A DNA stretch of 64,000 nucleotides from an uncultured Candidatus Saccharibacteria bacterium (GCA_964393835.1 CAYMUN010000001.1:15455-79454); one strand, 5' to 3'. Counted from the stretch's first letter, positions 19,139-29,481 are shown. Made by a program: numbers and translations. Notes: generated from the letters alone by a model not told the origin.

Positions 19139-20032
19139 TTATTGGAGTTTTTTGCGGAGATGATCGCGGAGCTCGGGGCCAATGTCGTCGCGCTCCAAAC
19201 CAAAATCAAAGACGGTTTTGAGATATTCTAGCGGGTTGCCGGTGTCGTAGTAGACGCCGCCTTGGATTTCCGGAGCGTACATGTGATGACCGTCCTCAAT
19301 CATCCGCTGCATAGCGTCCTGGATCATGAATTCTTTGCTACCATCGTAAGTCTTGAGATCTTCTTGCAAGTACTTGAGCAAGACCGCGTCAAAGACATAG
19401 CCGCTGACCGAAGCCATATCTGACGGAGCCGTCTCACGGCTGCCAGGTTTCTCGATAATCGTTTTGATATCGATCAGGCCGTTGCCAAGATCATCGCCGC
19501 CGACATAGCCGTAGCGTTTGTAGTCACGGTCGTCATCTCGCCGGACAACCGTCAGCACTGAGCCGCCATACTCTTCGTGTACTTTGAGCAACTGTTCAAA
19601 ACGAGTCGGCTTGGCCACCATAAAATCATCGGCAAAGGTATAGATAAACGGTTCGTCGCCAATTAGATGAGCAGCGCTGATCAGCGGCGTAGCGGTGCCA
19701 TATGGGCCTTTTTGCCTAATATAGGCAAAGTTAGCCAATCCTGAAATCTTAGTCGTAGCCTCCAGTAGCTCGGCCTTTTTGCCTTGCTCCAGATTTGCTT
19801 TGAGGTCGGCGCTCATGTGGTCAAAATGATCTTCGATGGTGCGCTTGTGATAACCGGTAACAATCATGATGTCGGTAATGCCGGCCTGCACCAGCTCCTC
19901 GACAATATATTGGATAATCGGCTTGTCCACCAGTGGCAGCATCTCTTTGGGCATAGCCTTGGTCTGCGGCAAAAACCGCGTCCCAAAACCCGCGGCGGCG
20001 ATAACTGCTTTGCGTACTTTAGCCTGGCTCAT
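19139..20032 (-). CDS. galU: UTP--glucose-1-phosphate uridylyltransferase
   Basis: 297 aa. AAGFGTRFLPQTKAMPKEMLP nucleotide-binding motif. Confidence 0.9.
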   Translation of the reverse strand: MSQAKVRKAVIAAAGFGTRFLPQTKAMPKEMLPLVDKPIIQYIVEELVQAGITDIMIVTGYHKRTIEDHFDHMSADLKANLEQGKKAELLEATTKISGLANFAYIRQKGPYGTATPLISAAHLIGDEPFIYTFADDFMVAKPTRFEQLLKVHEEYGGSVLTVVRRDDDRDYKRYGYVGGDDLGNGLIDIKTIIEKPGSRETAPSDMASVSGYVFDAVLLKYLQEDLKTYDGSKEFMIQDAMQRMIEDGHHMYAPEIQGGVYYDTGNPLEYLKTVFDFGLERDDIGPELRDHLRKKLQ

Positions 20033-20039
20033 GCCTACG

Positions 20040-20048
20040 ATTGTACCA
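20040..20048 (-). promoter_or_regulatory. Extended -10 promoter TGGTACAAT of galU, 7 nt from the ATG
   Basis: On the minus strand, TGG-TACAAT (20048-20040) is followed by CGTAGGC and then the ATG at 20032. No SD. Confidence 0.45.
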
Positions 20049-20105
20049 CGCCCACGCCGCGCCCAAAGAGAAGCCTTTCTCCTCTTTTAAAGCCTACTGC
20101 TTATA

Positions 20106-20160
20106 TGTATATACAAATAATCTTGGTTGTATCTGTTATGTGATCTTAATTGTATATACA
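20106..20160. repeat. Two copies of the perfect 10-bp palindrome TGTATATACA, 45 bp apart
   Basis: Copies at 20106-20115 and 20151-20160, in the spacer between the gatB stop and the galU promoter. Confidence 0.6.
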
Positions 20161-20198
20161 CTTAGCATGTGAGCTCGCAATAGCTGCAACGATTCCAG

Positions 20199-21668
20199 CT
20201 ACAGGTCTAGTTGTTTGCGGATTAGTTGCTGGGCGAGCGAGGGGTTCGCCTTGCCGCCCGAGGCTTTCATGACTTGGCCGGTTAGGAAGCCGATGGCTTT
20301 CATTTCGCCGTTTTTCACGTCCGCGGCAGCTTTGGGGTTGTCGGCGAGGACTTGAATGACGATTTTAGCGATGGCGCCTTCGTCAGAGACTTGGATGTAG
20401 CCTTTGTCGGTGGCATATCTTTCAATATCTGCCGGTAAGGTTTTTTGGGCAGCTAATTCTACGAACAGTTGCTTAGCATTTGTGGAGCTTAATTTACCAT
20501 CTCTAATGCAATCATAAATGGCGGTTTCGAGAGCCAGGTGCTTGTCGTTGCCGAGCTTGAATTGGCCCTCGCGAACCAGCGGAATCATAGTGTTGACGTA
20601 CCAGTTGGCCAGGAATTTGGCCTTTTCAGGATCGTCGAGATACTGTTCGATATTGGCCAGGTAGGTGACGGCTTCGTTTTCGATTTCGCCCTCTAGCAGG
20701 GTTTCAATCTGGGATTTGTCCATTCCCAAAGAGCTGAGGCGCTGGCGCCATTCGTCGGGCATGGGAGGCATTTCGGCCTTAAGCTTGTCTATATAAGCCT
20801 GCTCGATAATGACCGGCGGAATGTCGGGATCAGGCATGTAACGGTAGTCGTCGGCGTTTTCTTTGCTGCGCTGGGAGAAGGTGCGCTGTTTGGCATCGTC
20901 CCAGCCCCGGGTTTCCTGGATGATTTTCTCGCCCTTTTCGAGGCGCTCAATTTGGCGGGCGATCTCGTAATCGACGGCTTTTTCGACAGAGCGGAAGCTG
21001 TTGAGGTTTTTGGACTCGGTGCGGGTGCCGAGTTGATCAGTCTGGCTGACACTGACATTGACGTCAAAGCGCATATTGCCGTAGTAGAGGTTGGCTTCGG
21101 AAACATCTGCATAGCGCATTCTTAGATATAGTTCGCGGGCATAGGCTTTAGCTTCGGCGCTGGTGTGCATATCCGGCTCGGAAACAATTTCCAGCAGCGG
21201 CGTGCCGGCCCGGTTGAGATCGACCAGGCTGTAATCGGTGCCGGGTGGGTGGATGCTCTTGCCGGCGTCTTCCTCCAGGTGAGCGCGGGTGATGCCGATT
21301 TCGACAGGCTGGCCGTCAACATCGATTGTGATAGCTCCTTTGCCGATGATTGGTTCGTCGTACTGGCTGATTTGATAGCCTTTTGGTAGGTCTGGGTAAA
21401 AATAGTGCTTGCGATCAAATTTACTGAACCGGGCCGGCTCTGTGCCCAGCGCGAAAGCTGCTCTGGTTGCCAGGTGAATCGCTTCTTTATTGAGGACTGG
21501 CAGGGCGCCGGGCAGACCAAAACAAATATGACTGACGAGGGTATTAGGTGGCGCTTCACGAGCATCATTGCCGACAGCCGCGAACAGCTTAGTTTTAGTC
21601 TTGAGTTGCACATGACACTCAATACCGATGGTTGCAGTGTACTTAGCCAGAGTTTGTGGACTGATCAT
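20199..21668 (-). CDS. gatB: Asp/Glu-tRNA amidotransferase subunit B
   Basis: 489 aa. Full-length GatB with a YqeY-like tail (GFLTGQVMKASGGKANP). Confidence 0.97.
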   Translation of the reverse strand: MISPQTLAKYTATIGIECHVQLKTKTKLFAAVGNDAREAPPNTLVSHICFGLPGALPVLNKEAIHLATRAAFALGTEPARFSKFDRKHYFYPDLPKGYQISQYDEPIIGKGAITIDVDGQPVEIGITRAHLEEDAGKSIHPPGTDYSLVDLNRAGTPLLEIVSEPDMHTSAEAKAYARELYLRMRYADVSEANLYYGNMRFDVNVSVSQTDQLGTRTESKNLNSFRSVEKAVDYEIARQIERLEKGEKIIQETRGWDDAKQRTFSQRSKENADDYRYMPDPDIPPVIIEQAYIDKLKAEMPPMPDEWRQRLSSLGMDKSQIETLLEGEIENEAVTYLANIEQYLDDPEKAKFLANWYVNTMIPLVREGQFKLGNDKHLALETAIYDCIRDGKLSSTNAKQLFVELAAQKTLPADIERYATDKGYIQVSDEGAIAKIVIQVLADNPKAAADVKNGEMKAIGFLTGQVMKASGGKANPSLAQQLIRKQLDL

Positions 21669-22021
21669 TTTAGCAGCCCCATATCACGGAGGGCTTGGCG
21701 AAAACCGTTGAGGGCGGCTAGTACGTCCTGCTTTTTAAGGGTGCGCACATCGACTTCTTCTTGAACCAAGCGGTTACGGAGCTTATGCCCTAGCCAGACG
21801 TCTTCGTTATTGGTCAGTTTGCGCTGGGCCGCTACCAGGCGCTCGCCGGTGGTTTTACCCTTGAAACGGCTGCTTTTCAGGGCGTCCTCCAGCAGAGTGT
21901 CGGCTTCAATGACTGCCTGGGGCCACGTCTTACGGCTGGCACAGTGCTGCTGCAGGTCATGCCAGCGCTCCTGGCACTGCTCGGCTTTGAGTTTACGATG
22001 GCGCTTTAGCAAAAATCTCAT
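21665..22021 (-). CDS. Hypothetical 118-aa helical, basic protein inserted between gatA and gatB
   Basis: ATGA start/stop overlaps at both ends (22018-22021 with gatA, 21665-21668 with gatB). No recognised domain. Confidence 0.65.
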   Translation of the reverse strand: MRFLLKRHRKLKAEQCQERWHDLQQHCASRKTWPQAVIEADTLLEDALKSSRFKGKTTGERLVAAQRKLTNNEDVWLGHKLRNRLVQEEVDVRTLKKQDVLAALNGFRQALRDMGLLK

Positions 22022-23442
22022 ACCAGCAGCTCCTCAGTTTGTTGGGCCAGCGCTAATAACTCCTGATCGGCACGCTGGGGAGCCATTAGCTGTAGTCCTA
22101 CTGGCAAATTATCACTGGTACCAGCCGGAATGCTAATTGATGGATTGCCGACCATATTGGCGGCTACCGTCATAACATCACAGAGGTACATTTGCAGCGG
22201 ATCGTTAGCGTTGGCGCCAATTTTAAAGGCTGGCGTCGGGGCTACGGGGCCCAGTAGAAAGTCTACTTCCTCAAAGGCTTTGGCGAATTCATTGATTAAT
22301 TTAGTGCGGACAATCTGGGCTTTTTTGTAGTAAGCATCGTAATAGCCGCTGCTCAGCACGTAGGTACCTATCATGATCCGACGCTTAGCCTCTTTGCCAA
22401 AGCCCTGGCCGCGGGCGCCTTTGTAGCTGTCGTCAAGATCTTTGGCATCAGCTTTATGGTGCGGGTAGCGTTGCCCGTCATGGCGGGCCAGATTGCTACT
22501 GAGCTCGGCCGGACAAATGATGTAGTACACCGCCAAAGCCATACCGATCGAAGGCAGGCTAACCTCAGTCAGCTCAGCACCGGCCGTCCGCAACTTATTG
22601 GCCGCAGCCTCGATAACAGACTTAACACCAGGCTCAAGGCCCTCGGCCATATATTCCTTGATAATGCCGATCTTTTTGCCTTTGAGGCTGCCTTTTAGAT
22701 TGGTGTAATCGGCTTGTCGCTCAATAGTCGTGCCATCCAAATCATCTTGACCAGCCATGACATCCAAGACCAATGCCGCATCTTGTACTCGGCTGGTTAG
22801 CGGCCCTATGACGTCAGTGCTGCTAGCCATGGCCACCACGCCACTGCGCGACACAAGGCCGTAAGTAGGCTTATAGCCGACAACACCGGAAAAGCTGGCA
22901 GGTTGGCGGATAGAGCCGCCTGTATCAGTACCGAGCGCAAAAGGGGCCAGCTCTAGTGCCACGGCCGTGGCCGAGCCTCCGGAACTGCCGCCCGGCACCC
23001 GCGTTTTATCATGGGCATTTTTAGTCGTAAAAAAGTCGCTGTTTTCGGTGCTCGCACCGTGAGCAAAGGCATCGAGGTTGGCCTTGGCCACGCAAATCGC
23101 GCCCTCGGCTTCCAAACGCTCTATGGCCGTCGATTGATACGGCGCTTCAAAACCTTTGAGCATATTGCTCGCGGCCGTCGTCTCCGCGCCAAACACTAAG
23201 AAATTATCTTTGGCGATAAATGGCACGCCGGCTAGTCGACCTACAGGTTTGCCCTCAGCAACCGCAGCGTCGACTGCTCTAGCCCGCTCTCGGGCCCGAG
23301 TTTCAATCGTGGCGATAATCGCCTGGTACTCTTGCCTGTCAGCAATCGCCTTGAGGGACTGCTCGACTAAATCAATAGCCTTCAACTTGCCGTCTTGCAC
23401 GCCAGCGGCTAAGTCAACGATAGGCTCCCAACCAACCATCAA
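22018..23442 (-). CDS. gatA: Glutamyl-tRNA(Gln) amidotransferase subunit A
   Basis: 474 aa. Amidase signature GGSSGGSA. Confidence 0.97.
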   Translation of the reverse strand: MMVGWEPIVDLAAGVQDGKLKAIDLVEQSLKAIADRQEYQAIIATIETRARERARAVDAAVAEGKPVGRLAGVPFIAKDNFLVFGAETTAASNMLKGFEAPYQSTAIERLEAEGAICVAKANLDAFAHGASTENSDFFTTKNAHDKTRVPGGSSGGSATAVALELAPFALGTDTGGSIRQPASFSGVVGYKPTYGLVSRSGVVAMASSTDVIGPLTSRVQDAALVLDVMAGQDDLDGTTIERQADYTNLKGSLKGKKIGIIKEYMAEGLEPGVKSVIEAAANKLRTAGAELTEVSLPSIGMALAVYYIICPAELSSNLARHDGQRYPHHKADAKDLDDSYKGARGQGFGKEAKRRIMIGTYVLSSGYYDAYYKKAQIVRTKLINEFAKAFEEVDFLLGPVAPTPAFKIGANANDPLQMYLCDVMTVAANMVGNPSISIPAGTSDNLPVGLQLMAPQRADQELLALAQQTEELLV

Positions 23443-23732
23443 CCAATCATCCTTTTTACTTTGATCTGACTGTCTTGTACGGCCGGTACATTTTTAAGCA
23501 GGTCGGCAGTTTGATAACCATAGTCGCGCACCACATCCTCGCGAGTGACATTAGTTAGCCCGGTCACTTGGTTGGTTGGCTCCAGGCCCTCGACAGCAAC
23601 ATTAGATAGTTGCTCGACATACTGCAAAATCTCAGACAGCTCAGCGCTATACTCCTCAACCTCAGCTTCTGTCAGCTGCAACCGAGCCAATTGCGCCAAT
23701 TTTAATACATCATCCCTACTAAGCTTCGCCAT
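23439..23732 (-). CDS. gatC: Asp/Glu-tRNA amidotransferase subunit C
   Basis: 97 aa. Typical GatC (VLKLAQLARLQLTEAEVEEY...). 4-nt overlap with gatA. Confidence 0.9.
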   Translation of the reverse strand: MAKLSRDDVLKLAQLARLQLTEAEVEEYSAELSEILQYVEQLSNVAVEGLEPTNQVTGLTNVTREDVVRDYGYQTADLLKNVPAVQDSQIKVKRMIG

Positions 23733-23808
23733 AATTACACTTATTGTAACAGGTTCATCCCAAGTGCAGGAAAAAATACGTAGTTAATTTCACCATAAAA
23801 AATAATCC

Positions 23809-23837
23809 TTTACAAATCGTGAAAAAGAGATTATGCT
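23809..23837 (+). promoter_or_regulatory. Promoter TTTACA-17-TATGCT for the 23858 gene
   Basis: TTTACA at 23809-23814 and TATGCT at 23832-23837. Confidence 0.4.
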
Positions 23838-23857
23838 AAAAGTGAAAAAATTCACTA

Positions 23858-24967
23858 GTGAAATATGGTAATTGTGATATGTCCCATGAAATAGCACGAC
23901 AGCAAGTCTGCGAAAGCAGATTTCGGCGACAGCCTCTGCGGATAGTGGCGCCGAGCCTTGAGGCAGCTGAAGCTACGCCGACTGACGCCAGCCCTCCTCC
24001 TGCTATCGCAGACTGGCCAGAGCCAGAGCTTCACCACGAAACCGGCGTGGGTACCATTAGCACCCGGACAGTCACTACCGAAGACGGTTCCCGCTTTGAC
24101 GTGCGAAAAATCGTCCCTGACCAGCAGCGCTTCCTTATTTCAGTCGATTTTATGACCCCATTAGGCACTCCAGTCGTCGGTTTTAATACCTACGAGGGCT
24201 ATGCCCTGGCCAAAGCCGGCATCCACAGCCGAATTATTGGCAGCAACCAAAAAAACGGCACCAGCTTGCTGCGTGATACCGAAGCTACCCTCGAAATTCT
24301 GGCCGAGGATGATCGGCAAAGTGCCCGAAACCCTACATGTGAGCCAGGCCGATCAGTCAGCCTGGGCTATTCCATGGGGGGCATGAAAGCATTAGCCTTG
24401 CTGGGGTTAGCGCCGACAGCGAATCGCACGGTAGATGTAGGTATTGTTTTAGATCCCGGCCCGGCCCAAAAAGTGGATTACGACTTGATCGAAGCCCTCC
24501 GGTTTGCCGGCTGGTCAGCTGAACAAGCCCTGGAAATTCCCCAGATCTTTCTTGCCAGCCTGCGCGAAACATCGCTGATCCGCACCTTAGCCCGCACTAA
24601 ACGGTTGTTACCGACGGCCAGCTTGGATCCGCGCCACCTCTGGAATACCGCCGGCAAACTGCACGCCATTGCTAGTGGTGAAGCCGGCGACTTCCCGGCC
24701 AGGATACCAACCGATGCCGCCCTGGTACTACACTTTTTTAAAAGCCGGTTTTCGTACAACCAGGCCAATGTGTATGCCGAACTGCTCAGCGAGCACTCAA
24801 ACACCCGGCTGATCCAGGAAAAAGGCCCACATCTGGCCGGCGCCCGCATTTCGGCAGTCAGAGCCTTGGTCGCCAAAACAAGCCATAGCTTAGAACTTAT
24901 CAAAGACAATGCCACACCGGCAGAATTAAGCGAAGCCCTGAACTACCCCATCCTCAGGGCAGCCTAG
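23858..24967 (+). CDS. Alpha/beta-hydrolase-fold protein (orphan)
   Basis: 369 aa. Nucleophile elbow GYSMGG (GxSxG) within [18 protein letters not shown]. The start is ambiguous (GTG at 23858 or ATG at 23879). Confidence 0.6.
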   Translation: MKYGNCDMSHEIARQQVCESRFRRQPLRIVAPSLEAAEATPTDASPPPAIADWPEPELHHETGVGTISTRTVTTEDGSRFDVRKIVPDQQRFLISVDFMTPLGTPVVGFNTYEGYALAKAGIHSRIIGSNQKNGTSLLRDTEATLEILAEDDRQSARNPTCEPGRSVSLGYSMGGMKALALLGLAPTANRTVDVGIVLDPGPAQKVDYDLIEALRFAGWSAEQALEIPQIFLASLRETSLIRTLARTKRLLPTASLDPRHLWNTAGKLHAIASGEAGDFPARIPTDAALVLHFFKSRFSYNQANVYAELLSEHSNTRLIQEKGPHLAGARISAVRALVAKTSHSLELIKDNATPAELSEALNYPILRAA

Positions 24968-26928
24968 AGTTTCTTTTTGATGTCGTCTATCAGATCGCGG
25001 AGCTCGGCGGCGGTTTCAAATTGGAGATTGGCGGCCGCTAAGTCCATCTGGGAGGTGAGGTCTTTGATCAGCGAGCCGTACTCATCTTTGGGGATTTTGT
25101 TGAGGTTGAGTTTAGCGCGTTTGGCTTCATCGGGCATATCGGGACGCATGCCCTTTTCTATAGTACGGGTGATTCCGGTGGGGGTGACACCGTGCTTTTG
25201 ATTATAAGCTTCCTGAATGGTGCGGCGGCGAGTGGTTTCGTCGATCGTATATTGCATGCTGTCAGTGACATGGTCGGCGTACATTATGACTCGGCCCTTT
25301 TCGTGGCGGGCGGCCCGGCCGACGGTCTGGACAAGTGCTTGCTTGCTGCGCAAGAAGCCCTCTTTGTCAGCGTCGAGTATGGCTACAAGGGAAACTTCGG
25401 GCAGGTCGAGACCCTCACGCAACAAGTTAATACCGACCACCACGTCATACACCCCCAGCCGCAAGTCACGCAAAATGTCGGTGCGATCCAGGGTATCGAC
25501 ATCACTGTGCAGGTAGGCTACTTTGATATTGATCTCTTTAAGGTAATCGGTCAGGTCTTCACTCATACGCTTGGTAAGCGTAGTCACTAAGACTCGCTGG
25601 TGTTTGCTGGTGGTGTCACGGATCTCGGCGATCAGATCATCAATCTGTCCCTCAATGGGGCGGACTTCGATTGGTGGATCAAGCAGGCCGGTCGGACGGA
25701 TCACTTGCTGGGCCGGTTTGGGACTGCGGCTAAGCTCGTACTCGGCCGGGGTAGCCGAGACATAAATCGTCTGGTTCATGTGACGCTCAAATTCGGTAAA
25801 GGTCAGCGGCCGGTTATCGAGGGCGCTCGGCAGGCGGAAGCCGTGCTCTACCAGCACTTCTTTGCGCGCCCGATCGCCATTATACATACCGCGGACTTGC
25901 GGGATACTCATATGCGATTCATCGACCATCAACAGGTAGTCGTCGGGGAAATAATCCATCAGTGTGGCCGGTTGTTCGCCCGGCTCACGATTGGTCAGGT
26001 ACCTGGAATAGTTCTCAATCCCTTTGACGAATCCGGTTTCCTGGAGCATCTCCAGGTCAAAGCGGGTGCGCTGCTCCAAACGCTGGGCCTCCAGCAGCTG
26101 GCCGTTTTTTTTGAAGCCGGCCAGGCGCTCGGCCAATTCGCTTTCGATTTGTCCCAAAGCGACTTTTAGTTTATCTTGCGGCGTGACGTAGTGGCTACCG
26201 GGGAAGATTTTGTATGATTCAAGTTGCTTGAGGATTTCACCGGTCAGCGGATCAATCTGGGTAATGCGCTCCACCTCGTCGCCAAAAAATTCTAGGCGGT
26301 AAGCCAGCTCTTCGCCGGCCGGAAAAACGTCGACGACATCACCGCGGACTCGGAAGGTACCACGGTGAAAATCAATATCGTTGCGCTGGTATTGGATGTC
26401 GGTCATCTGGCGTAAAAACTTGTCACGAACTTTGCGCTCACCAACTTTGACCGTAATCGACAGTCCGTTATAATCCTCGACTGAGCCAATACCGTAGATA
26501 CAGCTGACACTGGCCACGATGATAACGTCTCGCCGGGCGAGGAGCGAGTCAGTAGCGGCGTGCCGCAAGCGATCGATCTCCTCGTTGATTTGACTGTCTT
26601 TTTCTATATAGGTATCTGAGCGAGGGATATAGGCTTCGGGCTGGTAGTAATCAAAGTAGCTCACAAAGTAGTGGACGGCGTTATCGGGAAAAAAGTTTTT
26701 GAATTCCCCATACAACTGGGCGGCCAGTGTTTTATTATGACTCAAAATCAGGGTTGGCCGCTGGACATTTTTAATGATATTGGCCATGGTAAAGGTTTTA
26801 CCCGAGCCGGTCACGCCGAGCAAGGTCTGATCCGGGAGGCCATCCTGCAGCCCCTTGGTCAGTTGCTCGATTGCCGCTGGCTGATCGCCAAGCGGCTTAT
26901 AATCACTCTGAAGTTTAAACGTAGACAT
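24964..26928 (-). CDS. uvrB: Excinuclease ABC subunit B
   Basis: 654 aa. Walker [14 protein letters not shown] box (MVDESHMS) and C-terminal UVR domain. Confidence 0.97.
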   Translation of the reverse strand: MSTFKLQSDYKPLGDQPAAIEQLTKGLQDGLPDQTLLGVTGSGKTFTMANIIKNVQRPTLILSHNKTLAAQLYGEFKNFFPDNAVHYFVSYFDYYQPEAYIPRSDTYIEKDSQINEEIDRLRHAATDSLLARRDVIIVASVSCIYGIGSVEDYNGLSITVKVGERKVRDKFLRQMTDIQYQRNDIDFHRGTFRVRGDVVDVFPAGEELAYRLEFFGDEVERITQIDPLTGEILKQLESYKIFPGSHYVTPQDKLKVALGQIESELAERLAGFKKNGQLLEAQRLEQRTRFDLEMLQETGFVKGIENYSRYLTNREPGEQPATLMDYFPDDYLLMVDESHMSIPQVRGMYNGDRARKEVLVEHGFRLPSALDNRPLTFTEFERHMNQTIYVSATPAEYELSRSPKPAQQVIRPTGLLDPPIEVRPIEGQIDDLIAEIRDTTSKHQRVLVTTLTKRMSEDLTDYLKEINIKVAYLHSDVDTLDRTDILRDLRLGVYDVVVGINLLREGLDLPEVSLVAILDADKEGFLRSKQALVQTVGRAARHEKGRVIMYADHVTDSMQYTIDETTRRRTIQEAYNQKHGVTPTGITRTIEKGMRPDMPDEAKRAKLNLNKIPKDEYGSLIKDLTSQMDLAAANLQFETAAELRDLIDDIKKKL

Positions 26929-26949
26929 CTACTAATTGTAGCAAGTCTG

Positions 26950-27630
26950 CTACTCGAAGCGCAGGGTTTTAGTGACCATCAGGTCAAAATCAGCCAACAC
27001 GTCCGGGAAAGGTTTTGGCTGAACATAACTGGCGATATAGGTAGTTCCATTGGAATAAAAAAGGTAACGCACGATGAGTGTGCCATTAGGATAACCGCCG
27101 ACGGCCTCGGCTTGCGAGCTGATGGTTTTGGCCGTAATCCGGCTGCCTTTTACGCCAGCGACAGTGACGTCCTTTTGTTGAATATCGCGGTAGCCACTGT
27201 CAGCTTTGAGGCCTGAGATATTTCGCTGGTCGCCATCCAATGAAGCGACCATCATTTGACCAAGCTGCTCAGAGGCACAGACTAATACCGCTTTGCTATT
27301 GCCGCCGAGGAATAACGCCCGGTCAAAAAAGTTTGGCCCGCAGGCTTCCGGATCGTCCGGTTGAGCCCACGCCGCCGGATATTTTAGATTGAATTTACCA
27401 ATTGGGCTACTGTAAGCAAGCCAGTCGGCGGTTTTATCTTTAGGCACGACTGCTTTTTTAGTAAAAGCAACCGTTTGAGTCGTATGATTGGCAGCACTCA
27501 GCGTCTGGTCAGCCTGCTGATTAGTATGATATACAAAATACCCGACGCCGCTAATCATCACTATGACAACAGCCACCAACAGGGTTTCAGCGGTTGCGAA
27601 GCCGGTCGTGCTGGTACGAAGTTTAAACAT
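26950..27630 (-). CDS. Prepilin-like (type IV pilin/pseudopilin-type N-terminus) protein
   Basis: 226 aa. Short basic leader MFKLRTSTTG, then FATAE with Gly(-1), Phe(+1) and Glu(+5), followed by the hydrophobic helix TLLVAVVIVMISGVGYFV. The Cys pair CGPN...VLVC lies in the globular part. Confidence 0.5.
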   Translation of the reverse strand: MFKLRTSTTGFATAETLLVAVVIVMISGVGYFVYHTNQQADQTLSAANHTTQTVAFTKKAVVPKDKTADWLAYSSPIGKFNLKYPAAWAQPDDPEACGPNFFDRALFLGGNSKAVLVCASEQLGQMMVASLDGDQRNISGLKADSGYRDIQQKDVTVAGVKGSRITAKTISSQAEAVGGYPNGTLIVRYLFYSNGTTYIASYVQPKPFPDVLADFDLMVTKTLRFE

Positions 27631-27653
27631 GGTAGTCTTCCTGCTTATGCCTG

Positions 27654-28226
27654 CTACTCATAGAGATTATGGTACTTGGCATGCGCTTTGTCTAGAAAAT
27701 CAGTTAGCTCTTGGATGAGGGCGGTGGCAGAATCATTAAAAGCGACCATTGAGCCGGTAGGCAGTGGTCGAGACAAATCCATCAGGGTTTTTATTTCATC
27801 GCTGATGCCGCCGGCGCCTTGCAGGAAACCGACCGGAACGTCTGCTTCCATAGCGATAGTAAACTCGTGTAGGGTGCCGAGGCGGCCCCCCAGACTGACC
27901 ACGGCGTCACTGGAAGTAATCAGTAGCATGTCCCGGCCGACATAGTGCAGGCCAGTGTAGAGAATAGTGTCATAGGCATCCACCGGCAGGCGGTATTTCA
28001 TGACGTGCTCAACCTTGGAAGCCGCCGGGCTAATGCCGACGCTCATGGTTCCGCCGGCTTTTTTGTATCCCTCGGCGGCATAATTCGGCAAGCCGATAGT
28101 AGCACCGGTCAGCAGCGCATGGCCGGCTTTGGCAATCGCCATGCCCAATTCGGCTGCTAGCAGCTTGCCTTCTTCGACACTGGCGCCTTTGGCTGCTCCG
28201 GAAACACAAATTTGATACATACCCAC
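27654..28226 (-). CDS. LOG/TIGR00725-like Rossmann-fold protein (SLOG superfamily, DprA-related)
   Basis: ~190 aa. N-terminal ICVSGAAKG glycine loop and GGRLGTLHE (GGxGTxxE) motif. The likely start is the ATG at 28220, after AAAGGG. Confidence 0.7.
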   Translation of the reverse strand: MGMYQICVSGAAKGASVEEGKLLAAELGMAIAKAGHALLTGATIGLPNYAAEGYKKAGGTMSVGISPAASKVEHVMKYRLPVDAYDTILYTGLHYVGRDMLLITSSDAVVSLGGRLGTLHEFTIAMEADVPVGFLQGAGGISDEIKTLMDLSRPLPTGSMVAFNDSATALIQELTDFLDKAHAKYHNLYE

Positions 28227-28236
28227 CCTTTATTAT

Positions 28237-29481
28237 TTAGGCCGTTATGGCTTCCCGTGCTAATTCCGGCTGCAAAGTCGCCAAAACCGTTTGCTCTACT
28301 GTATCATGGCGCAGATATTGCAGTAACAATTCGTGCCACAGGGATTGCTGGAAGTAATGAGCTACCCGACGCTCAAAAGGCAGCTGGTTGCAGTAATTCA
28401 AAGCGGCGTCGACGATATTAAGTGATACCGGCTGGTGATGGTGCAGCAGCCCCAAATGAGCGCTATTTTTCCAAAATTCAAAGCGTGGCTCAATCAGGCT
28501 GAGGGTGTGCTCAATCGGCTGCCAAGTCATGTCTTCGAGCTGGATATGCGGCTCAAAAATTTCTTCTCGAAACCGTTCGGCGAGACGGGCGTAATAACGC
28601 TGTACGAGGTTCCAGGAAACCGGCTGATCAAGCAATTTAGCAGTTAGCTGCGGTTCTTCCACGGCCACGGTGCGTACGATAGAGCCGAAGTCCGGGCGAA
28701 ACTGACACAGTTTCAAAAATGTGCTGCCGGCTTTAATTTGATTCAGCTCGTGCAGCGCCAGGCTCAAACTAACCGTCAACGCGCCAGGGGGCGCTTGGGC
28801 CGGTAAGGGTAAGAATACCAGGGCGCCGAGCTCTTTAAAACAAATCAGGTTGTGGCGGTCGCGACTGACGACACTAGCCGCCAGCTCACGCCAACGCGGT
28901 GAATCCGGCTGGATTAATATCAAACTGCGGTTTTCAAAATCAGCGGGCTGGAGCTGCTTGTACTGTTCGAGCAGCCGTTGTCGCCAACCGGCCCCTTCAA
29001 TAAGCCAGGCAGCACTCAGGATTAGTACTGGCGGCTCGTGCTTTAAAAACGACTCTACCGAACGGTAGCCTAACTGTTTCATGGCCTTTTTGGGCGGCTG
29101 TTTTTTTATCATGCTCTTGAGGCGGCTGTTTTTTAGGGCGTAGCAGGCCTTAGAGTCCGGTAACTGCTTCAGCGCGTGAATCATGCCGGCCACGCCATCA
29201 GCTTCGGCCGAAACATGCGTGGCCGCCATGGTGCGCAAGCGCTTAGTGAGCCAGGCGTCATCAGCCTTAATGCGTTCTTGCAGGGCGTGGTAGAGCTCCG
29301 GGGGCGTCGTATCTCGTGGATCAAGCCCCAGTTCTCGCAATTTAGCCTGAGCCGATTGCTGGACATGAGTCGTAAACCGGATGTCGGCGCTGCGATGAGC
29401 GCTCGCTGCTTCGAGGCGACGTAAACCCATCCTAAATAACGGCTCCGGCGCCTGCAAAGCCTGCGACAAAAAACGGGTCAC
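28237..29481 (-). CDS. Hypothetical 414-aa protein, no recognised domain
   Basis: GTG start 9 nt after GAGGGAG. The stop is 10 nt upstream of the LOG-like gene. Cytosolic-looking and helical. Confidence 0.7.
   Translation of the reverse strand: MTRFLSQALQAPEPLFRMGLRRLEAASAHRSADIRFTTHVQQSAQAKLRELGLDPRDTTPPELYHALQERIKADDAWLTKRLRTMAATHVSAEADGVAGMIHALKQLPDSKACYALKNSRLKSMIKKQPPKKAMKQLGYRSVESFLKHEPPVLILSAAWLIEGAGWRQRLLEQYKQLQPADFENRSLILIQPDSPRWRELAASVVSRDRHNLICFKELGALVFLPLPAQAPPGALTVSLSLALHELNQIKAGSTFLKLCQFRPDFGSIVRTVAVEEPQLTAKLLDQPVSWNLVQRYYARLAERFREEIFEPHIQLEDMTWQPIEHTLSLIEPRFEFWKNSAHLGLLHHHQPVSLNIVDAALNYCNQLPFERRVAHYFQQSLWHELLLQYLRHDTVEQTVLATLQPELAREAITA

Noticed and set aside
20106-20160. Reading TGTATATACA as a LexA/SOS box
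   Set aside because: The E. coli-type box needs CTGT-N8-ACAG (16 bp), and the Gram-positive type needs CGAACnnnnGTTCG. Neither fits, and neither galU nor gatB is an SOS gene.
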